Shown here: positions 1 through 13,224 of the stretch, piece by piece
How the letters are laid out: each line of letters opens with the position of its first letter
How positions within the stretch are numbered: the first letter of the stretch is position 1
DNA from: Chlorokybus atmophyticus
Taxonomy: Eukaryota > Plantae > Mesostigma and Chlorokybus algae
Direction of reading: 5' to 3'
DNA: 64,000 bases
Assembly: GCA_009103225.1 (NCBI GenBank)
Contig: RHPI01003156.1
Coordinates: 412,537-476,536, forward strand
Program-made: the position numbers and the translations under genes
The notes under the pieces: generated by a model
The model's database searches: none
Seen by the model: the letters and a program-made list of their open reading frames with translations, nothing else
Told to the model about the DNA's origin: nothing

Positions 1-1032
1 TGTTAGCGACTCGGGTGGGGGCGGCAACACCCGTGCCCATTCCGTGTTTATGTCCTCTTGTTCACGCCTCGGCCTGCTGTCTGGCACTGTTGCGTTGGAT
101 TGTGTGGGTGTACTTGTTGGCGGGCTTGTCGTTGATGTTGAGGTGGGTTTGGACACGTCGCTGATGATGGCGGTTTCCCTGTTCACAACGATAACAAGTG
201 TTTTCCAACTTGTCTACCACATGCGCATAAGGTTTGTAGATTGTTGGGACTTGCCTCTCAACCACCGTGACTTGCGTTGGGACACGGTGTACTGCTGTAT
301 TGGCATCGGTTGTTGCATAACCCATATGCTGCGCAAGTAGACTTGAAGTGGAGTAAACTCGTTGAGACGTTGTAATCTTGTGTGCATGCATTTTCACATG
401 GCAAGACACAGGCGTGCACTCCCGCCCGCACACGCACTCACACACATGCGCACTTGTGCTGGACATGAGTTCAACACAAGTAACGGGCAAAATGACTTGC
501 TCACCTCCAAAGCTTGCAGCTCTGTTCTGGGGTCAACATCTGCTCAACCGACCACAATTACATAGGCGATGAGTACCACAACTTTGTGCATGCATTGCAC
601 TCACCTTTAGAACAAAGCAAACATGCGTGAGCCAAAGCTTGCGACAGAACAGCCTGCTAGTTGATTGTGCTAATCACAGAGTAAGCATACAGTTGCAACA
701 ACTCTGTGTTAAGTCAAGAAAATCGACGTACGTGTGAATGAGTGGTTTTTAACATATAATTGCAAGACTGACTGACTGAACATTCAATGAATGTAGTGAG
801 TAAGCAAATGAGCGAGTTCAGTGAATGCCGAATAAACTGGCCCCAACTGCAACGGACCGGATTCACGGAAGCCTTGGAGTGCATTCTGTTGGCGCTGAGT
901 CAGCAGCAACAGCGCCACTGAAGCCGTTGCCAGCGCCATCACCGCCAGCATTCCTCGCCGCCTCCTCCCCCATCCTGCTCCTCCTGCACCCCCACCTCCT
1001 CCCGCCGCCGCCGCCGCTTGCGCCCCAGGCAT
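1..1032 (-). CDS. Putative type II membrane protein, 5' part (gene runs off the left edge); possibly glycosyltransferase-like
   Basis: ATG at 1032: MPGAQAAAAAGGG...RRRRGMLAVMALATASVALLLLTQRQQ (basic patch plus hydrophobic anchor). Phase-consistent exons give DVDPRTELQALE / HMGYATTDANTAVHR...VVER / ETAIISDVSKPTSTSTTSPPTSTPTQ (Ser/Thr/Pro stem), open to position 1. No catalytic domain lies in the window. Confidence 0.5.
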
Positions 1033-2382
1033 TTTGCCGCGGACTGCAACAGCGAGGAGCGAAGAGGAGGTGGCGGCGGTGAAGGTCGCCAAGCAGGAGG
1101 AGGAGGAGAACGTGCAGGATGAGGCGGAGGAGCAGGACGTCGTCACCGTTGAGGTCGCTGGCCGTGTGGGCTTCGTCCGTACTAAGTCTGCTGCACGACG
1201 CACTGTACCGGACACGTGAGCACCGACTGTGGGCGCTTGAAGCAACTGTCGGCGCACTCCGTGCGTCGGCGCGAGAGCGAGCGAAAGCGAGAGCGAAAGC
1301 AAGAGCGAGAGCGAGCCAGCTTCCACAGCTCTAGCCTAATGCTCATGCATAAAGTCTGAGGCAGTCGCCGCGCTTGCTTAGCATGACGGGGTGTGCGTGT
1401 TGGGACTGTGTGTTGTTTGTGTACTGTTGAGCAGGTAGATATGGTGGCAGCACTGACAGCGGACGCTTGTATCAACAAAATTAGAGGGTACACATAACAT
1501 CGTGGGTTGCCTACTATTAGCTTAAATTTCGATGGGGCTATTATATCTTATTAAGTGTTTGGCTTACATGTTGCTGCTGATTTGCCTAGTCTTAAAGCTA
1601 TACCATAGCCTTGCTTGGCAGTCTTGCTGTTGTTGCCGGCCTTGTGGCCTTACGGTCGTGTTGGCTGATCTCAATGAAGTTCTTGTGCTGTGCTGCTATG
1701 CTGCTTTAAAGAGGCCGCTGCTATATTATATGCACTACGTATCCTATATATACCAGGGGCGTGTGCCAATGCGTCCGGATGGTTGCTGCTACCAATTGAT
1801 GGTTTGCTCTCCTTGCTGCATGTTAGACTTATAGGTTTTAATTATCGTGCGCATTATCACATATATCACGTATGCGCAAGGCATAAATAAGTGCAATGCG
1901 TGAGGTCATCATTAATACATAATATATGTACGCAGGATTGTTTTGTAGAGCCAAGGTCCCAATGGTCATTGCATGATGTTTCAAATAATGATGTTTGCGT
2001 AGCAATTGTGAGCTAGCACACGTAATGTTTGAGCGCATTGTGGTCCCGTACAACTAAAGATGGTGTTTAACAAGCAATCATATCTGTGGCGCACTCAAAT
2101 GCAACTTGTACTGCAAATGTTCACCATTGTCATTTCATTATTATCTGACACACGCCATAAGCGGGAAGCGTGCGCACCAACACAGAAACTAAAGACTTGA
2201 CTATGATACCATAGTGGAGTACACCCATGCACGTGACCAACAACTCTGCTTATGCACCAATGCGCTCGTATACTGAGCAGTAGCGTGCCGAACATTGAAT
2301 GTCCATGCGGGCGGTTAGATTGTACTGCAATCATGGCGAACGCCAACCCGCACATGCATACAGTGAATGGCGCACACTTGAG

Positions 2383-5300
2383 TTACAACATGAGTGGTGG
2401 CCAAGTCAGCCCGAAGTCGTCGGGTGCGGAAAACTGCCCGTCCACAACCCATGGCTTATCTGCGCGCACAACCAACATGGTCACAAACATAGCAGTCCCA
2501 GCATGAGAATGGCAGCAGACATAGCATGCCTACTGCAGACCGGTTGGACTGTAAGGCCTCGGTGGCAACGCGTAAGGCACAGGCAACAACACTACTTGGT
2601 CGCCAGTGCCCCCAGGTTTGGCAGCAGCTTCAACTTCATTGGCAGAAGAAACAGCTTTCAATTGCAGTTGTGCCGGCTGTTCTGAGCACACAGCCAGCAC
2701 TAAGCATTTTGGCCTCTTGCGAATAAAGGTTGCGGTTTTACGCGTGTGCATCAACTACCTTCTGCCAAGGGCCGAGGAATGCTGAATGCTAAATTGGTGC
2801 AGCTGAAGTGGACATGGGCATACTTTGTCAGCAGAGATGGCAAAAACAGCACGCCCATCTCGTACGAACGTATCATCAGCTGCTGCCCATTCTTTTGGAG
2901 TGCGCCTGTATTGTTAACAGAGGCATCAATGCAAAAAACCATTGCAGCACCTTGATAATTTTGTGCCAAAGCTGACAAGAAGTACCCCAAGCTGCTTTGC
3001 TCAGGTTGCTGGAAGTCAGCAAGAACCATGCAAGGCGGTTGCCGCTGTATCTTGCGTAACTCTTTATGTGGGGCATGGCATGCGTGCGTGTAAGGGGGTG
3101 CGGCCGGGCGGCATCTGACCAGGTGCAGTACTTTTGCATTAGGAAAGGACGCTCCACGTTCTTTTTTGGTCCTGGTATGCTACCCCCTGCCCTGTAGCCC
3201 TCTATAGAACATCGCACCTCCTGCCCAGCAGCAGTCATCAGGCCAGTCATTTTTGCACCCCATGTGCATGTAGGCACTCACCACATCACATACGACTGTC
3301 AGAGTACTCAGATTGATAGAGTAAGACAAGCAATTTGTTTTTTACAAAGTACATGAAAATACAAAGCGGGAACCTTCAGCAGTGACAAGCATGTTCGTTG
3401 CATGCAAACCATGCTGTAACGCATCAAGCCAGCATGTGTACCTGGACTGTAGGCCAGACAATGCTAAAATTCCCAGGCGCCAATGGCCGCCCATTGTCAG
3501 ACTTGCCAGCATTCAAGCTGTGCGCAAACTCCTTCATCCACTTTTCATCCAGCTGTTGAGCCAAGAGAAACAACCCTTGGTTGGCATGTAACCAAGACAA
3601 CAAGCTGACAGGTGTTTATTGCAAGTTCAACCCTACCGAGCCCATGGATGAACATTGGTACACAAGGGGACTACCGCTGAAGTCACTGGGCAGCTTCTCA
3701 GCAGCAAGCACTGCACGCAGCTTCATGTGCCCAAGGCGATGCATGGTCTTTGCGGTGTGGTACCCTGGTAATGATGGAATCAGGCAAACCTGTGCAAGCG
3801 CATTGTCACTGTGGCTGAAGCACCACCAAGCAGGGCAAAAGATTGTGCTCACGATTGATACCTTCGCACAGCTGTAGTCATATTGACGCAGGGCAGCTAT
3901 GTTTGCAGAAACGCCACCAGGAACAGCTGCAGGCGGGCGCCATTTCAACGCCTCCAAGTAAAAGAGTAGGTCATCTTCAAAAAGGGATGCAGGTTTGCTG
4001 CACGCCATGACAACTGCATTGGAGGGACATCGACCACATTGACAAAAGCAGGGTACCAACAGAAAGACGCTCAGAAGCGGTTTTGATACCTTCCAGTGGT
4101 GGACTTAAGCGGAAAATCCTGCACCCACACCCCCTGCGTCTTGTTGTTGAAGTCACTATTGACGAGGTTTGCGGTGTGAACCACAACACGGATACCGTGT
4201 TTGTACATGAGCAGCATCATCTTCGCTGCAAACAACAACGTTGAATGACACTACAACACCACTAAAGCCATGCCCACTGATTGTGCGTACTTACTGTGGT
4301 GCGTGCCCCATGCAATGGGAAGGGGCGGTTTGTACAACGCTATGTTGGGTGGACATCTGGCTCTGAGCAAGTCTTCTCTGCTCTCACCGTGCACAAGCAG
4401 AACAAATGGGATACGGTTGAGAGTTGGGCAAGCAGGCAGCAACCATTCGAGGTCGACTTCATAGTCTGTGAGAATAGCCCACTGTATGTCACCCTGCAAG
4501 GATCGCAAGTCAGAGCTCACGACCGTCCAATCACTGTCACAAGGGAGGTACCTGAATCAAGTCGTTGATGGTACAGCTGCCAATGTTCGCGGTGTCTGGA
4601 ACATTACGCGTGCGCAGCAAGCGGTATGACAAGCCGTCTTCACCGGGCTTGGGCACCGAACTCGTGCCATTGCATGGTTGCATGCCAGCGGCGGGCTCTG
4701 TGACCTCACGTTCACCTGCAACAAAAGCGTGTGTCATTGTCACTGTTGCTGCATGAATAAATGCTTCAGTGGCTATGCTACAAATGCTTGCCTGCTGCTG
4801 ATTTATGCCTCTTGGATGCAGGGGCTTCATCGCAGTCGACAACTGTGGCATCAGCTCCAGCAGCAGAAGCCGCAGCAGCTTCCTCTGCAACATGGCAGTT
4901 GGAAGCTTGGTCGATCAGTAGTGTGTAGCGATGGGCGCCAGCCACCAACTCAAATTCGTCTCCATGTTTCAGCTCCGCAGTGCGCCCTTGCGCCAGTCGC
5001 TCTCCCGCAACCACTACGGGATTCTGGCCTAGCTGCCACGCAAGCAACCATAAGCAACTTAGCATTGAACAGGAAGGCGCAGCAGAGTAGAATGCAGCGT
5101 GACACTGAGCAGCATAGGATGGAGCTTGCAAACATGCAGGCAAAGCCTGGTAGTGTACTTGCGCTTACCGTCCTGAGCACGACGACTCCTGCCTCGCTGA
5201 CAGCCACGGATGCGTGCTCTCTGCTAACACGGCTGTCGCCATGTGCCACCTCCTTACGACCAATGACTGCCAACCAACAGTCACAACTACAGGACATGAA

Positions 5301-5612
5301 CGTGACTGACGGCATGTGCGCGTGCGTAGGATTATATCCCACACGTAGTCCATACGCATGACCATGACCGAAGTTGGCCTCACCTCTGCTTTTGCCAGCA
5401 AACAGCGCGATGCTTTGGTCTGCTTCGTCGGCACGCGCTAGCCCTGTCGCTTCTGCAGGCAGCAGCCAGGCAAACCGCTGGTAGACAGCATGCAGATAGT
5501 GTCATGTAACATGGGTTATGCTTAATGCTCCACGTGCATGCAGTGACATGCACCAGGAATAATACCACACAGACAGCAGCATACAACGTACCCGTCCCTG
5601 CTCGACGCTCAT
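2383..5612 (-). CDS. TDP1: Tyrosyl-DNA phosphodiesterase 1 with N-terminal FHA domain (multi-exon)
   Basis: Two HxK catalytic motifs (AWGTHHSK; MPHIKSYARYSG...WFLLTSSNLSKAAWG), IRSYEMGVLFLP and C-terminal LPVPYALPPRPYS-DKPW ending in TAA at 2383. FHA motifs VIGR...DSRVSREHA...LGQNP...ELKHGDEFEL. Exon phases of the first three exons are consistent from ATG 5612. Confidence 0.95.
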
Positions 5613-6437
5613 AGCGCCTGCAGGCGCGACTTTACACCAAACATGCGGTTGGAATCGCACAAATCTACACCATCAGCAGCGAACTACGCCACCATTTCCC
5701 CCACCGCCGCCAGCGCTGCCGCCACTGCCGCCCATGCTGGTGTTGGCGCCAGTAGAAGCCAGAACCAACACAAACTCTCGGCCTTTTTATTCGCTACCAA
5801 GATACTGTTGTTTCGCTTTGGGCTCGATTTCGGCTTCGAAGGTTTGGCTTCTGCTTGGCGCCTGTTTGCAGCTCGCTGTGCTGACTGCTGCTTGCATGCT
5901 GGTCCGTGGGCGGCGGCCTCCGTGCGGCTGTGCATGCTGGTGGTGTTGGTGGAAGCTGTTTCTATTGGTAGGCATGGATGGTACCACGTATGCTTGTGTA
6001 GGTGAATGGTGGGAGCGATAGTTTTGGCCAAGCGAGGAACCGCTGGCATGGGTGGAGCTTGACGAGCAAAGCTCAGACGCCAGGCTGAGCTCAAGCAGTC
6101 AGCATAGCAGCGTCAGGTGAAAGCATAAAAGTACAAGGTTAATGTTTGCTCATATTTAATGTCGTAGGACAGTGTGTTGGAGCTGTTGCTGTTATCACCA
6201 GGTTGTTGAGGCAGCCTCCTGGCCAGTCAGAGGGCCTGCCAATTGTAAGTTTCATCGGTTGTTTTGTTTGACACTCTAGCCTTGGCACCTCACATTGTGT
6301 TCACTCAGTCTTTAGTTTGCTTGTCAGTTTGGTGCCCCACACCGACAGGTTGTTTAACAAGAAGATTACTTACACTCTGCATGGTACCGCACAGGTGCCC
6401 CCACCTGTGCCGTACCCGACCTTGGCCACGCTTCAGT

Positions 6438-7865
6438 ATGGAGGCTGTGAGGTTGCCTGCGTTGGGTTCAGCGCACCACGGGCGGCACCGTGTGTCTCTC
6501 GCGAATATCCAACCTTACAGCACCACCCGTAAGACGCTGACAAAGGCGCCAGACGACCTGCCATCGCTGGAAACGGTGAACATGAAGCACTGGCTGGAAA
6601 AGCATGGCAAGGCGTACCTGAAGCAGAGCAACCTGACTGCAGCACAGCAGGAAGAGTTGAAGGTGAGAACTACTGCCTTCAACCAGGCGGTATACGATGA
6701 ACCAATTGGTTTAGGTGACTGGAGTGCAAGGCTGTCCTCTCATGTTTCTGAAATGCCAGGAGTGCTTTGAGCTGATGGACAGTGACGGTTCAGGTTCCAT
6801 AGACGCCGGTGAACTGCTGACGGTGACCAACTTCCTCGGCATGCGGGTGCGTTGGAGCTCGCGCAGGCAGCAATGCTGCTACTCATGTGCTATATATTGA
6901 GCAAATCGTTGTTGTTATGCACGACTGTCCATGCATGGCGTCGTTACGCACCAACACGCCATGTATTTGTCATGAGCAGATGAGCAAAGCTACAATCGAG
7001 AAAATTTTGCTGCAAGTGGATGCGGATGGGTCGGGTGCGATGGAGTTTGCTGAGTTCTTGGAGCTGGTTACCAACACACTTGAGACCAATCAGAACCATG
7101 CATACACTGCTGGCAAACGTCACGCGACCAACGATGCACAAGCCCCTGTTCTTGGTTTCTTCCGCTTGATGGCACAGGCTTTCAGGCGTAAGAAGCTGCT
7201 GGACGGCTTGATCGTTGGCGACAGCCGCATAAGAGCTTGGCTCATCCAGCGAGGTGTGGTACTTTCCTCAGAGAATATCATTCCTAGACGGCGCAACAAG
7301 TGAGTGCATGCATGCACGTACGCTCACGCGCACTCACAGGGGGGGGTGGGGTAATATTGTTCACTTGTCACGTAGTAATTGGGAGAAAGTAGCTTTACAA
7401 AGGCGAGCCACGAGAGCCCTCAGCACGCGGCGGGCAACAGCCATAGCCATGGCAGGCTTGGTTACCTCTGCCAATGTTCATGACAAGGTCCCGGACCGTG
7501 CAGATTGCAACCCAGCCACAACGCACATGCCTTCACGCAGTGGAGGCGCTGGCGAGACAAGTTTCATGTTGGAGGAGTGGCGCAGCCATGAAGATATCCG
7601 TCTTCCCCCTCTGAATCTGCAAAGACTTCCAACCGTGAGCACAGAACCTGTGTTGTTGCGAAGTCATCGGCCGTGCAGCCGGTACAAGTACGTGGGTTTA
7701 CATAGTGCGAGGTTGGACAGCTCGCCCTCAGTTCATGACTTGAGCAGTGGGGACATCTCGCATAGGTGGCTGGTGGCACCGGTGCGAGAGCAGCTCAGTT
7801 TACACATTAGCGCAGTGCATGCAGTCCTTACCACAAGCTATGCCATACGGTCTGCACGAAACTAA
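6438..7865 (+). CDS. Calmodulin/centrin-like EF-hand protein with long low-complexity C-terminus
   Basis: EF loops DSDGSGSIDAGE and DADGSGAMEFAE in spliced exons (EELK|ECFELMD...). The last exon joins via AA|GTGAGT...TAG|T into ORF 7254-7865. Confidence 0.8.
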
Positions 7866-8280
7866 CCTTATGCTACGCCCCTCACGCAGCATCCATGCCT
7901 TACAGATCATTCACGCAATGGATGACATGTTGCGTATCCATACTGTGTGCTATCCTTGACGTGCGCATTGTTTGTCTTCACAAGCCGCACACAAATGTAC
8001 GAAGTGGCGAGCTTTCTCGATCACAGTGCTAGACAACTTGTCGTCAACCCAATGGTAAACATTACGTAATGCATATCAACATTTCAGAAAATTAATAGCT
8101 GTTGTTTATCAAGATCCACTCATAAGCGACGCGTGCTTAGGCTTCATGTCCATTGTGTGCAGCCAAGCCCATGGTGTGGACTTTCTCAACGACCTGAAAG
8201 TGTCACTCAATTGCCATAATCAATGGCAAAGCGATGACACCTACTACCCAACCATTATCATCACGCGTGGCTTTTTACAT

Positions 8281-8389
8281 TATATATAAATACATACATA
8301 CATACATACATATATATCTATATCTATATCTATATCTATATCTATATCTATATCTATATCTATATCTATCTATATATATATATATATAT
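8281..8389. repeat. Compound microsatellite (TACA)n-(TATATC)n-(TA)n
   Basis: Directly visible in the sequence. Confidence 0.95.
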
Positions 8390-10833
8390 GCTACACTGTG
8401 CTGCTCTGGTGCTGCGCGCTGCTACCACCCATTCTGCTATTAATGCACATATACGAGCTATTTAAGTACGTCACATGCAATGCATACGCAAACAATCAAC
8501 ACTCCCACGCTCAACACACAGCAGCAATGGAATTAAGAAAGGGGAAGCACTAGCTACATGCCCGGCTAAGTGAGTGCAAACGGCGAAGGCGAGGGCGTGT
8601 GAGCAGGCAGGGCGGGGCAGGGCAGGGCAGCGCAGTATCGCGCGAGTGAACCACCTGTGGTGGCGCTGCGACATGCGTCAGACAGGTGGCAGTCCGCACG
8701 GAGAGCCGGTGTACAACATGTACAGCAGCAGCAAGCAGGTAGCAAGGCAGCAGGGCGGGGTTGGGGATGCTGTGCTGTGCTTTGTGGATGAGGTTGCTGT
8801 GCAGCCGCCATCCATAGCAGTGTTTGTTTAAACCCGCGACATACAGCTCAAAATAGCCTGCAGTCTGCAATCATTCTCCAACGGTTCAATCAGCGTGAGC
8901 CATTTCAACGGTAGGTTTAGCCAGTGCACAGTGCACTTGACTGAGCACGCAACCCATGCCAAGTGACTGTCACGCAAGAGCAGCTGACACACTATGCATA
9001 CGCACAGCGCCGCCACAGTTAGCACTGCCCACACTTGGCAGTTGCCACGTGTGGGCAGTGCTGTATAAGAGATCGTATGCTAGATCAGCAGCATGCGAGG
9101 TGGGCAACATACACAATGCTCGCACAACATGCAGCACCTAATACATGGCATCTCATGCTTACATTCAACACCAGCAACTCACCACCGGGCTAGCAACTCT
9201 ACCTAACACACCAAGCCCCTACCCCATTAGTGGCGCTTGTGTATCAGGTGCGCCAGCCTGCCATTCTCACCGCTGCCCATGCATGCCTCCTTGCCTCCGT
9301 GTTTGCGTGTGCTTACGTGTTATGTGAGTACTGTTCAGTACTTAGGGGCCTGGGCCAACCCATTGCTATTGCTTTGGTTGTTTGTATTGTCCTATGCAGC
9401 AGGTTGTGCTGCTCCTGAGTGCTGCTGCATTGCTGTCCTGCTTCAAACCGCTCTACTATTTGTGCATATATATATAGCAGGAATGGCCAAGTGTCAAAAG
9501 TTTGACAAAGCAACCGGAGACAAGCTCATTTCCCCTTGACGGCTGAGGTGTAAAGCACCAAACTTTAGTCTATGGGCCAATCACCACACATGCCACATTG
9601 ATCAACATGGGCTTGATGCTCTCTGCCGAATTTTGTGAGCAAAAGACGAACATATTATGCACTTCTGATAGAAGTCGATTGCTCAAAATGTGGCGCTATG
9701 AATTCTAGACCGATTGCTAACCTGGACAAGCCGTCACCACAGCCTGCCCAACACGCCGTTGTTCAACATTGTATTGCACTAGATGCATGGCTTGTATGCT
9801 GACATCTTTACTTGATACAACTTCAACCCTAGCAATGTATTTACATAAAAAGTGACTGACTGATGACCTTGTTAACAACTTCATGTGAGGAGAGTATATG
9901 CCTGCGCGGGATTTGTCCTGGAGTGTGACACGTGACAGCAGCACGGCATGTTCAACAATCATGTTGATGCCCAGTTTAACATAGGCGCAGTGGTGCTGGC
10001 GTGTGGACAAGTGGCGCGGATAGCCATGCCTTGATGCGTGAATACTCAAGGCGCAAGCCCTGGCAAGCGCTTTTTGGCACAGCTAATTATGCAACAACGC
10101 ACATCATGCGTCTGCACAGTGCAGTGTGCAAAAGATAAACAATGGCGATGGCATGGTTTCATGTGCGGCTTACAAAGCACCCAAGCCATACCGAATACCC
10201 ACTGACAGGCGTGGCAACCAATACGTAAAGAATGAAAAAATACCCCGGCAAAACACCAACCACCGGCAAGTGCCAAGCAGGCCAAAGAGGACCAACAACA
10301 CCAGCATGAAAGAAAACCTTACCTGAGGGCGGAAGTTGTCAAGCAGGGACGTTTGCAACGAGTATCAATGCATAACATCATTACAACTGCACGTACCTGA
10401 CCATGAGTGCCATGAGGGAGAAAGAAGTTCAAACTCACAACACAGGCATGGTTCAGACAATTGTCAACAAAGGGTGATCTTGTCAAGTGTTTGTACAACA
10501 GCATGTCAGCATTGTGTGGGTCCTTAGAAGTAAAACACTTGGAAGATGCGCCATGTGATGTGCCTGATGACATGCTCTCAACTTCTCAACTTCCGGTCAG
10601 ATTTGCCTTAGGTGTTCCGTGACAGCTTTTGGTTGCTTCTTGTGAGTGAGTTGTTTAACTCAACACGTTCGTGCCTTGACTGTTCCACCACACAGATTGA
10701 GGTCGTGATCATCTAGTTATTATTTCATCTGCGTTGCAGGTTTAGCCGTCAAGATTATACGTGCATACGATAAGTAGGTTCGTAGTTGATAATTAACAAC
10801 AGCATGGTATTAATCTGCGCACACGCGCTCACC

Positions 10834-12833
10834 TCACATGGCTGGTATCGGTGCATAAGATGGTCCAGAGTCCCTCAACTCGTGCGCTCCATGAGCAAAG
10901 TGGCACTTATCACCCCACGGACACCTGCAGATTGGCATAGCCGCAATGTCCTCTTACTTGTAGACAACACCGCAACAAACCCTGAAAGGCTCGCAGCGTA
11001 CCCCTCAGGTGAGCCATACTTGTCGCATAACCTCGTCTTGAAGTTGCGAGGAGCTTGGCCCATCAGAACTGGCGCTGAGCTGAACATGCCAGCTCCCATG
11101 CCAGCTCCCGGGGGCCGGTAAGTGTTGAGCGCCTGCATCTCACAGTATGAGCACAGTGAAGCTCATACGCCAATTTGCTCTAGCCGCACATGACTACCTG
11201 CTGAACCATATGCTGCGCTGCCTCTATTGAAGCCGATGTTGAGCCAAAAATCTCAACTACCCTTTCAACTGCACCTTCAGACGCATCCAACACCTGAGCA
11301 GGGTACACAGCATCTAAACCACACATCGGACTAAAGTAAGTTCCCAGACTCATACTGGATTCATGGCATGCATTTGGAAGGCAGGAAGGCCAGCAAAGGC
11401 CAAAGGATGTCAAGGGGCAACATACTCGCACTCGAGCTCCAGTACGCGCCACAATATCTCTGACTGTTGAGCCACCCCTCCCAATCACACTCCTGTCCAC
11501 CAGCACAATCAATGCATGCGTGTGGTCAAGACACACAACCTAAAGTCCGCAAAACCGCTGCGTATAAAAAGCAGAATTTGCAAGAGGCTCACCCAACCAT
11601 ATGACTTGGAACCAGAATTGTATGCCGGAGTACTCCAGGGGCGCCCGGTGCAGGTATGCTTCCCATGCTCCCTCCCATGCTTCCCCCCATGCTCCCTCCC
11701 GTCATTGAGGACGGGACTGATGGTCCGCTCAGCTCAGAAGGATGGTGCGCAAAATGACACCTGTCCAGTGGCATGATAATCAGTTAACTCCAATAGTGAA
11801 CAAGGCTGCACAGTGAATGATTTATGATTTGCGTTGGCTTTGTCGCTTGACCTGACAGATGGAAAAGCATGCCACTACAACTGTTATATTATGGTGCACC
11901 TGTCAGCAAATGGGCAGCCTCCTGGGAGACTGAGGCGGTTGCACATGCGAGTCTTGAATGATCGTGGAGCTGCGCCAGTTGAGCCCATGGTAAATGTGGA
12001 TGCATACCCAGTCCTGGAGCCGCCTTCTGGATCCGAGTGCAGGAAATTGCACTGTGCACCGAAAGGGCAACCCTGCACAAGGCTGACGTATTGATATACT
12101 GTGGCAACAGGCAGCAGCAACGCAACTGTTTGGTTGTTGTGGCCATCACCAAACCAGCTGACTGACAAACAGAAGAGCTACATGAGGAAGCGACAACTGA
12201 CCAATCCTCATCAAGTCGCTCAACACGGCGACTCTCAACAAGACCAGTCCAATAAGCGGCGTATGATTTGTACCAAAACTAACACCATAACGGGCAAGCC
12301 ATTGTCTGAAGGGTAATTCACTGGCAGCTCTTGCCCTGTCATTAGCTAAACCGCGCAAGCACGGTAATACAAGCAAGTTCAGACCACACGAACAATTGGT
12401 AACAATCTGACGACAACTTGCACGCCTGAGATCAAATGTGCTGTCGCGAGGCGCCACAAGCAGTAAACTGCGCCTCACGGCCCAGCCAGAACGCTGTAGC
12501 GGAAACCAACTGCACACGACAGCAGCGCTGAAAGAGACACATGTACCTGCGTGCTGAAGAATTTACTGCACTTTTTTGTCCTAAGCGGTGTGTGCTTGTC
12601 TCCTGCCGCGTCGCTGTCAAAGCGCGTCCGCTTCGCTGCAGGCGACTCGTGTGACGAAGGCACCGCCGGCTGCTGATCCGTCATGCTTGCACCCAGCTCC
12701 GGATCCTCAGCCGCCTGCTCCTCCTGCTGCTGCTTGTCCTCCTCCGCCACCACCTCCTGTTAGGTCAGTTGTTAGGGTTTGCAAATAAGCACCTTGTTAG
12801 ACTTGCCTCGCTCCGGACGTAAGCACGTACCAT
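10834..12833 (-). CDS. CCCH zinc finger (x3) + KH domain RNA-binding protein (KHZ1/KHZ2-like)
   Basis: Three C-x8-C-x5-C-x3-H fingers after splicing (CSKFFSTQGCPFGAQCNFLH; CNRLSLPGGCPFADRCHFAH; CDKYGSPEGCPWGDKCHFAH) and a KH GxxG loop (VIGRGGSTVRDI). The first coding exon is ATG only (12831-12833); stop TGA at 10834. Confidence 0.92.
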
Positions 12834-13224
12834 CAGCAAACCTCTAAAACCGGTGTTTAATAACAATGTGTGCAACCTCATGTACCGGGTAACTTATTAC
12901 CCGTGTCATGTCAGGGTAATGTTGTTACATCATGAATGTAACGCGTTGGCGCTGTATGGTAATTCACGTTCAAGTTGGACGGTCCGACAAGACGAGGTTC
13001 TTATGCTGAGACGGTGCAGCTACACTGTACCAGCTCGGTGCTTGTACTCTTTAAGCAGTGGATGGTGACACTGTGGCGCTGCCTGGGCGGGTGGGGCGCT
13101 GCATGAGGCAGCAAGGTCTCAAAGAGTCCAAGGCGGCTTAGTTGCTCAGCTTATTGGTTCAAAAGCATGCGGGTAACAAAGCTCAACTGCATTGGAGTGT
13201 TTGCGCACACCATAATTGTCGCAG

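Noticed and set aside
784-1326. ORF with an apparent signal peptide and RRQLLQ motif
   Set aside because: GTG start with an in-frame stop just upstream; the hydrophobic stretch comes from TCGCTC repeats of a 5' UTR. The real start is probably ATG 1032.
1034-1334. Acidic + strand ORFs (EEEVAAVKVAKQEEEE)
   Set aside because: Antisense to a CT-rich leader; the likely splice leads to an immediate stop.
8550-10600. Possible small spliced genes (donor/acceptor-like sites; ORF 9717-10049)
   Set aside because: No phase-consistent model gave a recognisable or long protein.
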